Source of the DNA: Amphiscolops sp. MND2022
Lineage: Eukaryota
Reading direction: 5' to 3'
Assembly: GCA_964187785.1 (NCBI GenBank)
Contig: OZ076419.1
Span: 39,122,001-39,186,000 of the forward strand
DNA: 64,000 bases
The position numbers and the translations under genes were made by a program. The notes below the pieces were generated by a model. It searched no databases. It was not told the DNA's origin and saw only the letters and a list, made by a program, of their open reading frames with translations. Shown piece by piece: positions 25,399-36,127 of this stretch (positions are counted from its first letter, which is position 1; every line of letters starts with the position of its first letter).

Positions 25399-25819
25399 TT
25401 CTAAAGCTGGTTTTTAGGTTTATTGCAAAGTGAAATTGTATTGATTGTAGAACAGTTTTCAGACTGACAACCTTTCCATACAATAAAATGAAATGCAATT
25501 AGATACACAAACCCACAAGTAAAAAGAGTCCGGTTTTGAGTCTCTTCATTAAACTGATGAAGAACGGTTCAAAAAATTCGATAATTTGAGTTCATATCAC
25601 CCAAGGCCATTTTGTCAATAATCACAATAAGATGCAAAAGAGTCCTCCATTAAATCTTCTCACTCGTACTTAGAAGTTTTAACTTCTTAGGACTGTTTGT
25701 TTCTTCTTTGTAAAGTGTTATCTGCTTGAAAATACTCAAAAGGTGTTAAAAAAGAAAAACAAAAACTGTTTGAATTTTTTCTGAAAACCATGACTACACC
25801 CATTCGAATGAAACTGAGC

Positions 25820-26320
25820 AACGTATTAGTACTTGTGCTTGGTTTCCACGCCATGTGTTTAAAGATGTGTCCTTGTTTTCCGCAACGCTTTCTTTGAGCA
25901 AGTCAATTTTCACTTAAATACCGTGGAAACCAGGACATTTATGGTAAGGCGCAATCCGGAGTCTGCATACACACATACCCCTTCGAGTGAAAGTTCGCAA
26001 AGTATTAAGATTTGTATTTGGTTTCCACGCCATGTGTTTAAAGAGTTGGTCTTGTTTTCCGCATTGGATTCTTTAAGCAAGTCAAATTATACTGAAAATC
26101 CGTGGAAACCGAGACGAATAGAATTGAGCAATGCATTACGATTTGTGTTTGGATTTCATGCCACGTTTTTTAAGATGTGTCCTTGTTTTCCGCATTGCTT
26201 TTCGGCGCAAATCAAAGATGCTGAAAAAAAATGGAAAACACGACAAGTAAAATCCCGGAAATAGCTGAGATTGTATCATTTTTGGTACCAATCAGGGGTT
26301 AATCTATATGTGACAAATGC
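25820..26320 (+). repeat. ~165-bp internal repeat array 3 (upstream of the transposase)
   Basis: Cores near 25840, 26020 and 26148; followed by tttggtaccaatcaggggttaatcta. Confidence 0.88.
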
Positions 26321-26518
26321 CTTGTTGATCATATGCTTTCAGAATAAAGTATTTCGATAGTCTAAGACTTTTCTCATGAATTTTCAAGAATACAAGGTCA
26401 TGGAGCTCATATTGTAATAATTACTAACAATGATGAAAGATGAATTGTTGAACAAACAAAATATTATCAAACACGAATAGAAAAAGTTTTTTAAAATTTA
26501 GGTGTTTTTTAGAGTATT

Positions 26519-27929
26519 TCATGCATGTGAGACAGGTACATTCCGACTCAGATCTCTATTTTTGCTGTTTTTGTAGTGGCCTTGGCTCGTCAAAAACTGG
26601 AAACGAATCGTGAACATGCCAAATTCTCGATGTTCAGTGAACCTCATTGTCTTGATAAGAACATCTTCTCCATCGCTTGCGTGACATGGGATCATATTCC
26701 AATTTCTTCCAAGTACAGTATCCCATGTACCGTTGCACAACTTATGTCTCTCTTGGTTTGCAACACTATAATTAACGGCCTCTTTGAAATTGCCAGTTTC
26801 GAAGCCACAGAGTTTTTTTGTCATTGGGGTACAGGGAACTAATGTTGCGGTTAAGGAATGCTTCTTTCTTGAGAGTCCCGCCGTTCGTTTTATTGCAGAA
26901 AACAAAGCATAGGCTTGGTCCATTGGCTCCAGGAGCAAATTAAAATCCATTACATCGCCTTTAGAAGATGTTGTTGTGACAACACGAATTGTTGGGATGC
27001 GCACTTCAATGTCAGGGTCACTTCCGCTCTGCGTGAATGCACATGCTTTTCTCTTCTGAACATCATAGTAAACCTTCTGGATTTCAAAATCATCATTTGA
27101 GTAAGATGCAGTAGATCCCACCTGGAAATAAAATGATTGAACAAATATTAGGTGGGAAAAATACTTTGAAAAATTTGGTGCCAATCCAGGGTTATCAAAA
27201 TTCAAAACCAAAGTTTGTAAGAAAAAAGCAAGAAAACATTACCTTTATGATACCATTTTCACAGGGTGCGTATGTTAATGCAACGTCATCGTCAACATTG
27301 GGAAGCAAGGAAAGAATGTCGACTTGTGGCATCGGTTGTGTGGCGCTTGTCACACGGGCTTGCTTTTTGACGAATGGGCGATGTACGTCAGATCCTGATT
27401 CTTCATCTTGTTCAGTTTCATCAATTTCTGGTTCAGTGTCTCTTACACAAGGTTTATTTCTTAGTTGGCGATACAAAACATACTCATCATTGTCCTCCAC
27501 GTCGGTTATCAAACATTGTTGACAGAAAGGATCATTAATTTTTACCCAACCCATCACAACTGACCCGCAGCAACGGTCCTCTTGGCATCTTTCGCTATCT
27601 ACACAATTACATTCTGGTTGTCAAAAGTGAATTTGATCGTTTCTGACCAGTCGACGAGCGTTGTAGCTAAGTGGGGTTGACCGTCTTTTGTTGCTCACAG
27701 TTTCTTCGCGGACAAGATTGTGGGATTTTCTAATGTTCCAGTTATATTTTTCAGGTCTGTATACTTCGGGAACAGTGATATCTTCTTTTTTATTGTAAGA
27801 CCAATCGACCCATTTAATTCTTACACACCAATCGCTCACAAAGGAAATTCTTTTCGCTGATTCCCAAATTGATGTCGCAGGATCCAAGATTTGCACAACT
27901 TCATTTTCATAGAAGGTTTGGAGAAGCAT
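26519..27929 (-). CDS. Two-exon gene: N-terminal Tudor-like barrel, Cys-rich segment, unknown C-terminal domain (one internal stop)
   Basis: FYENEVVQILDPATSIWESAKRISFVSDWCVRIKWVDWS; in-frame TGA at 27621-27623, then CNCVDSERCQEDRCC..DPFCQQC; GT-AG intron 27122-27242 in phase 0 joins ENGIIK to VGSTASY of the 230-aa ORF. Confidence 0.6.
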
Positions 27930-28309
27930 TTTTATTTTAAAGCTCGAAACTAATAGAATGTGTAGACAACTTATGTGGTGAAAGTTGATGGGATGAGCGT
28001 TAACGAAGACGATAACGAGATTGGTTGCAATCCAAATTAATTACAGCTAATCGTCACCTAATTACCGAGCAGTTGCACTAATAAGAATAATTGCAAATTG
28101 AAGACACTAGCCTCGTTCCGAAAAAACGCTTTTTACATGCCTCATTTAAGATTGAGGTTTTTGGTTGCACAGCCGGATATGGCACTACAAGTTACCAAAT
28201 ATCAGATATTATCGTAATTCATATCAACAAATATTCGAAATATACAATCATTATCTTGAAATCGTCTCTGAAAATCAGACCGTCAAAATAGAAAATCGAA
28301 CTTTTATAA

Positions 28310-31011
28310 ATGGAACAAAACCAAACCTCGCTGCATTTGACGATGCCCCCAATTCCAACACCGGTTTCCGCGGACATGTCTACGCCTCTGACGTTAACCC
28401 AAATGCAAACTCCTTCTGGTTTGTTCACGCCCATGGTATCGCCCGTGATGTTTAGCCAAACATCCGGCGGGCAACTCAACAGCACTCCGTTCCGCCTCCA
28501 AGAGCCACCTGAATTCAGCTTCAATGAGGATGGAATAATAACGGAACAACTCCCGACTGAAGCTGAAGAGGTCATAAACGAGTTTTTAAACATTCAGAGC
28601 GAATTACCAGCTGAGATTATAATTCCTCCAAAACAGTTGAATGGACATGCAAGCTCCGATAATGTAGTAAGCAAACGTCCAATGCCCCCACCAGTTGATA
28701 TGGTAAGTGTAGTAAAACTTCTGAAAAGATATTGTTCAAATTTTGCGTTCGAAACATGGGTTACGTTTCCTAGAAACCAATGTACTTTTTAATTGCTGGA
28801 GGATGCGTTATCAGTTTTAAAGATAATAGGGACACTTTTTGAAAACTCTCCCTTTTTTAGACTGTTCCCGCCAAGAAGAAGAAGCCTGATTACAAAACGG
28901 ATACAGTGGAGTCCTTCATTAAAAGGACAAAAACAGAGAATGTATCGCGTTGCAGAAAGAGCACTCTGGCTACGAAAAAGGTCCAAATAGAGTTCTTTCG
29001 AAGTCTACTGGCGTACGTTCTAATTTTCTCGGGTTTTCTGGATCGGGAGGTCAGCAATGTGACTGTCCAAGCCGTGGCGCAGGCAGCAGTTCAGATGAAA
29101 GAATCCGACGACAAAAATTCCTCTTTCGGGCTTGAGATAAATGTAGCGGAGAGGTGCGCCAGAAAAACGTGCTACAATATCCCACGATGGTTATTGGAAG
29201 GCTTTGTGGACTACTTCGTGTTCGAAACGAGTTTCTGGACCACAGTGAGGGAACTCTTTTCGAAAGACTGCTGAGTGACACAGACAATCGGATCCTGTAC
29301 ACCGAATTGTTTTTTTGTGAACTCAGCTGGGAAATCCAACTTCCGACCTAGCCACGTTGTTGACCAATATATGGAGTCGGTATGTAAAAACAAATCATCA
29401 TCACACCCCCTTGAATAAAACAATTAGTAAGGATTTGTGTTCGGTTTTCACGCCATGTGTTCAAAGATATGGTCTTTTTTCCTCGAAGACTTTTAAAAGC
29501 GAGCCATTTTATACTCAAAAACCGTGCAAACTAGGACATTCATGGTAACGCACAATCATGTGTATACCCTTTACAGTGAAAGATCGCAATGTATTAAGAT
29601 TTGTATTTGGTTTCCACGCCATGTGTTTAAAGATATGGTCTTGTTTTCCGCATTGCAATCTTCGAGTAAGTCAATTCAAACCTAAAACCGTGGAAACTAG
29701 GACATTCATGGTAACGCGCAAAAATGTGTATACTCCTTTGAGTGAAAGTTCGCAATGTATTAAGATTTGTATCTGGTTTCCACGCCATGTGTTTAAAGAT
29801 ATGGTCTTGTTTTCCGCATTGCATTCTTTGAGCAAGTCGAATTATACTGAAAATTCGTGGAAACTGGGTCAATTTATAATGTAGAGCTAGTTTTTGGTAC
29901 CAATCGGGGGTCGATCTATAAGTGACAAGTACACTGTTGGTATCATTATTTCAGAATGCATATAGACACTATTCAATGTTTGCATCATTTCAAACAGGTA
30001 CTGAAACACTGTGATAGCCCGCTGTGGGAATTGGAACGGCACCTTCATGTTGTGTTGCCCATCGCAAACGACACTGAAGCAGTACTCCCTAAGTTGAAGG
30101 TCCAAACTAGAGCAATTTGGGCGACTCTGGACATTGCCTTGGACTACCAGGTCGTGCAGTCGGCAGTGAGAAGGCACCAGGATCGACAGAAATATGCCCG
30201 CCAATCAGCTCGTGCCCATGCTTTTTTCAAGCATATGAATGGGCAAACTGACCTTGCTTCGTTGGAAATGAGACTGAAGAGCTATTTCCAGCGACAGAAA
30301 TGGACGACGCAGAATGACGGCAAACAAGACCTGAGAAAAACTTATCTACTTGTGCTCCCAATGTTTATTACCCCAAAAGTAGAAACGAACATAGCAATTC
30401 AGAAGATTTATTACAAAGGATTGGCAAGCAATATGGAGTTTGAAGATCAAACTTTGCTTATGGAGAGATGTCGATCTCATAAATGGCCCGGAATCACGCA
30501 GGTTTTTAGCCAGTTTGGAAGAGGAATCATTGCCACCCGAGTTTTCCAGAAAAATGAAGTCGTCATTGATTACCACGGGCAGGTTTTCCTCAAGACATCA
30601 ATGGACGAAGTATCCGCCATTGAAGGTGTTAAACGGGAGTTTTGTCTGGAAGTCAAAGGACCTGGCCGAAGCATAATCAATGCCTCCGCGGAAACGTTTC
30701 CTGTCCACCCTGATAGTAGATGTGTGGGTCGCCTTGCCAATCACTCAGTTTTGGAAGCCAACATGAAGTCCACTGATGTCATTGTGTTTGCCGACAACAA
30801 TCAACGTTATGTTGACCTCCGTGCATGTAAAACAATCCATCCCTTCGAACAGTTAATGTTCGACTACGGGGATCCGATAGCTCGCTCTGAGTTTATTGAA
30901 TCACAGTCAGGAAGCAGCTCTGGAAACACCAGCGGTCGCTTCAGCGGTAGTCAAGAACCACGAAAAGAATACAGTGACAATCTTGCAGATGAATCGGAAG
31001 AGGAAAATTGA
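28310..31011 (+). CDS. SET-domain lysine methyltransferase (SETD8/PR-Set7-like) with long disrupted N-terminal region
   Basis: SET motifs GRGIIATRVFQKNEVVIDYHG (30514), GRLANHS (~30727), QLMFDYGD (30862); upstream ORF pieces 28310-29420 are separated from it by a repeat-filled GT-AG intron (~29427-29954). Confidence 0.85.
29420..29940 (+). repeat. ~165-bp internal repeat array 4 (inside SET-gene intron)
   Basis: Cores near 29443, 29609 and 29775; followed by tttttggtaccaatcggggggtcgatcta..gtgacaagtacactgttg, as in array 1. Confidence 0.9.
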
Positions 31012-32154
31012 AGAAACGAACTTTCATTCACAAACTTTTAGACTTTTGTGGCATTGGCTCTATTGTGCGTGATTGTTTAAAATGGTGTTACTCAGTTTCA
31101 ACTGGAACCTTATTGAGATTAGAGTGCTGACGAAAGCTTGAACTTGACTTTAAACCATTTCAAATTCGATTTTGGAACACTTGCAACGCTATTCAAAAAA
31201 TTATGTTTGATTTGAAGAAGTCAATTTTTTTGTAATCCTAAATCACATTTGAGTGCAACAATTGTTTCAATAAACTTCACACCAAACGTTACATCGGAAG
31301 CCCGTTGATAATTAGAGTTTAAAAAAACGTACTTCGAAAAAATACAAAATGTACAAAGTTTACAAATGAAAAATAAAAACGCAACTGTTATTGAGGTTTT
31401 GGGAAAAAAAGTAAAATTTTTGGTTCCAATCGTGGGTCGAGTTCTGATGCTTCAATTCATAAATAACAAAATCAATCGAAAAATTTGCGTTTTTGAATTT
31501 GATTTAATATAGCGAGTCTTCTCAGACATTCTCAGACAGGATGAACTGTCAGACAGAAAAAAGGGATTCAGTAGCGCAGTGGATCTTCAATTAGGCCCTC
31601 CAAAGTCTTTTACCGGATCGATCTGGTGGAAGACAGAGTTGTCTGTATAGAATCGCCCTGCAGAGTGTTTTGATGGGGATCGATCCGGTGACAGACTACG
31701 CCTCAAGCTTCACTACTCGCCTTATCAACTGCGCCACCATCTCCGTTATGCCGTTGCATAGAACACATCTATAAACTTTTGTTTGATGAACTTGATCATG
31801 AACCACTGGGTCGTCATCAAAATGGCAGATAGAATGCAAGTGAAGAGATTTTGGTTCCAATTGTGGGTCGAATCGTCATAATTCAATTGTTTAGTAGAGT
31901 TGAACTTCGGAATAGATTACTTTCAGAATAACGTAAATCTCGTAGTTACGTAATCGTTTGTCGTGACCTATCAAAAATAGTATTCTATCAACGTGATAAT
32001 TATTCAAGGCAGCATGAAGGACTGCATAAAATCGCACAACGAGCCCGGGTTGTTGAGAATGCGCATTAAAGCGCATTATCGAGCGAATATACTGCTCTAT
32101 TTGACGCAGCGAAAGCATTTAGTTTATTAGCAAATAGATATCGTTCAAAAAGAA

Positions 32155-32227
32155 GACCCGTTGGCCAAATAGGATGCGCGCTAGCTTTCCGATCGTGAGC
32201 TCGTGGGTTCAGATCCCGCTAACGGCA
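32155..32227 (+). ncRNA. tRNA-like sequence (pseudo-tRNA or SINE head)
   Basis: A-box-like TGGCCAAATAGG, T-arm GTGGG-TTCAGAT-CCCGC, partial acceptor pairing CCGTTG/TAACGG; anticodon stem poor. Confidence 0.45.
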
Positions 32228-33193
32228 ATTATTTAGAAATGAGAGATTAATTTTTTTCTATTTTTACCATTGCTTGTATTACAAATAGCCTTGAAAAAAT
32301 GCAAAAAAAATCGCCGGTTTGATACCGTTTGGTAATTTGATTAATTAATTATTGTTCTTTTCCAACCAACGCTTAATTTTGAGATCTTCCTGAGCATTAT
32401 AGCCTCTATTGAATAAAGAATTGACACCTTTGTTTCCAACCGAACTTTAGATACCGAAATCTACAGTCTTATTATATTAGAAAAGAATTAGAAAAAACGC
32501 TTACGGATCTTTTCTGTTAATTCCCCCCACCTACGTTTTCCACTTCAGTTAGGCGGTCGAGAAAAAATATCATTGAATTGATAGTAACAATCAATCAAAT
32601 AGCAGTATTTTATAATTCTACTTCATCGCTGATAGTGGTGGGGTTATAAAATTTCTGCGCATACTGCGGGGGGAAGGGTTTGCGGGAGATTTAATGGAAA
32701 AGACCATCTTAATAAAAAAGCTTACTTTTCTACCAATTGTAATTGAAAAAAATGAAAACTTTAATGAAATAATTGGTTTGAAACTTGGAGATTTTTCGGT
32801 TCCAATTGTGGGCCAAATCATGAAGCTTCATTTAACAGAAGTTTGTTTCCAAGCATTATCATTTGTAGCAATTTTCATCTGATTTCAAAAGATGAAATGC
32901 GGAAACATATTATAATTGTTCCGGAATGTAGGTGTACGAATTACTCTACTGAATAAAATTCTGGAATCTGAGACACGTTGCACTATTTGCTTTCTACATA
33001 ATTGGCGCTATTAAGGCCTGGCATAAGTGGCAATTAATTGGCCCCATTAACTTGCGAAGACACAAAATTGCGGAAAGTAAGATTTCAACTTCAAAGCAAG
33101 CTAAGGCAGTCGACATCAAAGGGGAATGAATTCAGTGCGGGCGTCTCGGTTTCCGAGATTTTGTGTCCTGATTTCCGCAAAACGCTCAGAAAA

Positions 33194-33215
33194 AGCTTGC
33201 AGATGCACTGTAATG
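33194..33215 (-). repeat. Right terminal inverted repeat
   Basis: agcttgcagatgcactgtaatg is the exact reverse complement of the left TIR; subterminal TTGCGGAAA at about 33067 (+) and 33172 (-). Confidence 0.85.
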
Positions 33216-33217
33216 GT

Positions 33218-33367
33218 CTAAACGTAACCTACAAAACCGGACCGGACTAAAGGTTCCCCCTTTTGATTTTTTTTTCGGCACTGTGTGACATTTCTCGAAA
33301 GTTTTGTTGGTCTCCAAAGCGTCCCCCTTTTAGTTTTTTACTATTTAAACGCAGCCTACTAAACCGG
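33218..33367 (-). repeat. Modular GGGGGACCC repeat family copy, interrupted by the 18.2-kb element (remainder at 14945-14981)
   Basis: aaagggtttccctttggttttttttactat (14952-14981) plus ctaaacgtaacctacaaaaccgg (33218) matches the adjacent intact unit aaagcgtcccccttttagttttttactatttaaacgcagcctactaaaccgg (33316-33367). Confidence 0.75.
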
Positions 33368-33399
33368 ATGATGGAAGTTGAGTTTTCAGATGATTTGTT

Positions 33400-35400
33400 A
33401 AGGCCATATAACGTCTCACTTTTGAGTGATATGAAGAGCTAATAGTTTCATTTCAACTGTATTAAGAGAAGCTAACAGAAAAACTCATCAGGAATTATTG
33501 ACTATATCCGAGCTATTGCAAGACTCGTTTCTTTTTCAACTGGAAAAGTTGTTCATGCATCTTAAGAATCTTTGTTTCTAGCATCGAAACATGCTATGAC
33601 CTCTGTATCTGTTAAGAAAGTTTTCCAATGAATGGCAGTACGACCCGTTTCAACGTGAAAAGTATGATTGCAAATGAAAAAATCTGCTTTTGTTATCTGA
33701 TATTAGCTGGCAAGACCGGTAACAGGTATATTCTTAGGGTTTCATCCCATACTGGGTTAAATCATTGGAGGTTCCTGATTAGTGTTTGCTGAAACACGTT
33801 CAGCGAAGCGTTAAACCTTTGAATTTCCCTTATCATCCGCTCGACAACAATATGATTGATGTATCAAAAACAGGTGTGGCCACAAACACAGAACAGCTGT
33901 GTCGGTACATTTGTTCGAAGGAGTAAAAGCTGCTACTACTAAATTCGGTGTTCTTTCCGAAATTTCTGCTGAAAACGCGCGAAGATTTTCAACACATCTA
34001 GCTGACTATGAGGTTTCAGTATGCATCGCTGATTCCTTTTCAAACTTGCTCTTTGTTTTATTCTCAATTTTTTTAAAGCGATTAGTTTGTTCCAGTTAGT
34101 TCAAATGTTTTAGTTGGGTATCCAAGTACGACTAAAGTTTTAGCTTTTTTCAGTTCCAGTAAAGTTACTGACTTATATAAGCTTTTTGTAAGTTTCAGAT
34201 AACTTGGTAACTTGCTCATGTCTTTTGGCCCTGCTTTTTAAGCGGATTGCCAAGCCTGGTGGCGAGCTCTGAGAAAATTTCCACACTATTTGGTTTTTTG
34301 ACGTTTTTTGTGAAGGAGGCTATCAACGATGGAGCTGGACTGTTTCAAATGCCTCGGTTCTCGTTACAGCGTAAGATAAAGTTTTGTCCATCACACTCGA
34401 GGTGTATGAACTTTTACGGATTGAAAGCTTTTGGTTTTGTCGTCAGTTTCCGCCGGTTTTTAACATCGCCACAATCTGAATCGACTTTGAATTCTTCGAT
34501 GTCATGAAATGTTGATTGATCGTAGAAATTCTCGCCGCGGTTCTACTAAACATTTGAGAATTGTACAAAAGCGATAACGTTGTAGAATGTTCGGATATCG
34601 ATTGGGATACCTTGTTTGACAACAAGGCTTGAAAAAGAGAAGATTCTCAATTTATTCCTCTGCACGGAAAACTTTAGTATGTAAATAATTGAATTATCTA
34701 TTGGTGGTACATGAAAGAATTAAACAAAATTTGCTGAAACTACATGAGTTCTACAAAACAAAACACTATGTAAAAGAAAAAGTTTGATGCATTGCTAGTC
34801 TGTGAATAGAGTTATCCCAGTTTTTGTCGGCTCTTGTCAGTTTCGAAGCTGGTTTTCAAATTTCAATATGAGTCGTCTTTGAATTATTCGTTGTGATGAA
34901 ACATTCGCAAAATTTCAAGGGTGCTTCAGATGAAATTAAAACGGTAATTACCTTTAGGCGAATTAATTTGAAACTCAAAGAAGTATATGCCATGGTTAGG
35001 GTTTGGGATACCTTGTTTGTCAACAAGGCTTGAAAAAGAGAAGTTTCTCAAATTATTCCTCTGCACGGAAAACTTTAGTAAAAGGCGAAAGTTTTTCACG
35101 ATTTGCAAAGAAATCAGAGGATGAAATATTCAGCATTGCACCCAAATACCTCTATTGATGTTGCGACTTCTAAAGTTTGGTGTTTGATGAACTTTTGAAA
35201 AGGCAAGGGCTTTTTCTTAAACATTTGTGAGTTTTATCCTTTTAAAGATTTCAAAAAGAAGCTTTTAGAACTGCAAAGGTTAGAAGAGCTTGGAAATTAT
35301 TTTGCATTTGACAAGATGTTGATGGAAGTGAAGAAAATTGCATTGCGAACTACGTTACGTTAAATTTCATTCAAGCTTACCATTGGTGACGTCAGCCTTA
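33400..35400 (-). pseudogene. Unidentified decayed coding tract with an internal ~75-bp direct duplication
   Basis: Protein-like minus-strand fragments with many stops; tgggataccttgtttg.caacaaggcttgaaaaagagaag..tctcaa.ttattcctctgcacggaaaactttagta at about 34603 and 35002. Confidence 0.3.
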
Positions 35401-35715
35401 CCATATTGCTGAATTCGGGTACCGTGCAATTGGCCGACTGTTCAATTGGAAGAATGTGCAACTAGCCGAATGCGTGAATAGAAAATTACGATAACGTAGT
35501 CAGATATGTTCACATACTCCTAGTGCCCTAAATGCAGGAGCGAAGCGAAGCGGAGCGACGTGCCATACGGCCATGCCTCAATGTTGCTACTTGGCGAAGG
35601 GAGCGAAGCGACCGAGCCATACAACAAATATGCTAACCACTTCAAATACAGTAACAACCTGAAATAATCGCTGATATGGAATTTTTCGACGCGTTTTTCG
35701 AACGTAGTTTATTTT

Positions 35716-35834
35716 CCGACAAGATTATGAAATTTCCGAAACCGTCTCGTATTTCCATTAACCAATCAAATTCTCCGACAAGATGATGAAATTACCGAAA
35801 CTGTCTCGTATTTCCATTAACCAATCAAATTCAA
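35716..35834 (+). repeat. 60-bp tandem duplication
   Basis: tccgacaagat.atgaaatt.ccgaaac.gtctcgtatttccattaaccaatcaaattc at 35716 and 35776. Confidence 0.9.
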
Positions 35835-36127
35835 TTTCATCATTCAATCAGTCGGTCAGTTGCGCTTTCGTTCAGTTGATCAGTCGGCCAGTTGAAGTAG
35901 ACTCGCTGAATTCATACCAACGACCGCCAACGAATCACTCCGGTGCGCTGATCGCAATGAATCATTTCAGCCAACCAATGCCGTACGAATAAGTGGGAAG
36001 AGTGAGTCGAATAAGCGAAGTGTGATATTATTTAACCTCAAAAGAGTGGACGGTCGTATCGAGACGAATCAGAGAATGTCCAAACGGAAGAGAACCAAAG
36101 TGATCCACCTGCTCCGGAAGAACGTTG

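Larger units (their letters stand above)
14982..33215. mobile_element. 18.2-kb TIR DNA transposon with RAG1/Transib-like transposase and chromatin-modifier cargo
   Basis: Perfect 22-bp inverted repeat CATTACAGTGCATCTGCAAGCT at 14982-15003 and 33194-33215; shared subterminal TTGCGGAA motifs; flanks rejoin into one unit of the local repeat; internal motifs confined to this interval. Confidence 0.85.

Noticed and set aside
27500-27620. PHD finger in the Tudor-like gene
   Set aside because: Cys spacing (CxC-x5-C-x4-CC...CxxC) lacks the C4-H-C3 pattern
19560-29940. CRISPR-like array (165-bp repeats or the TTGGTTCCAATC motif)
   Set aside because: Eukaryotic intron-containing context, degenerate units, irregular spacing, no unique equal-length spacers, no cas genes
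32155-32227. Functional tRNA gene
   Set aside because: Acceptor and anticodon stems pair poorly; no unambiguous anticodon
14985-33212. Tc1/mariner element (TA|CAGTG termini)
   Set aside because: No DD34E/D transposase inside, and the empty-site reconstruction fits CATTACAGTG termini better; still unresolved without more copies
14982-33215. Polinton/Maverick or endogenous DNA virus
   Set aside because: No protein-primed PolB, packaging ATPase, capsid or retroviral-type integrase motifs within the TIRs
11955-33367. Oppositely oriented GGGGGACCC repeats as TIRs of a larger element
   Set aside because: Unit order differs between the copies, no TSD found, and another copy occurs at 50.7 kb
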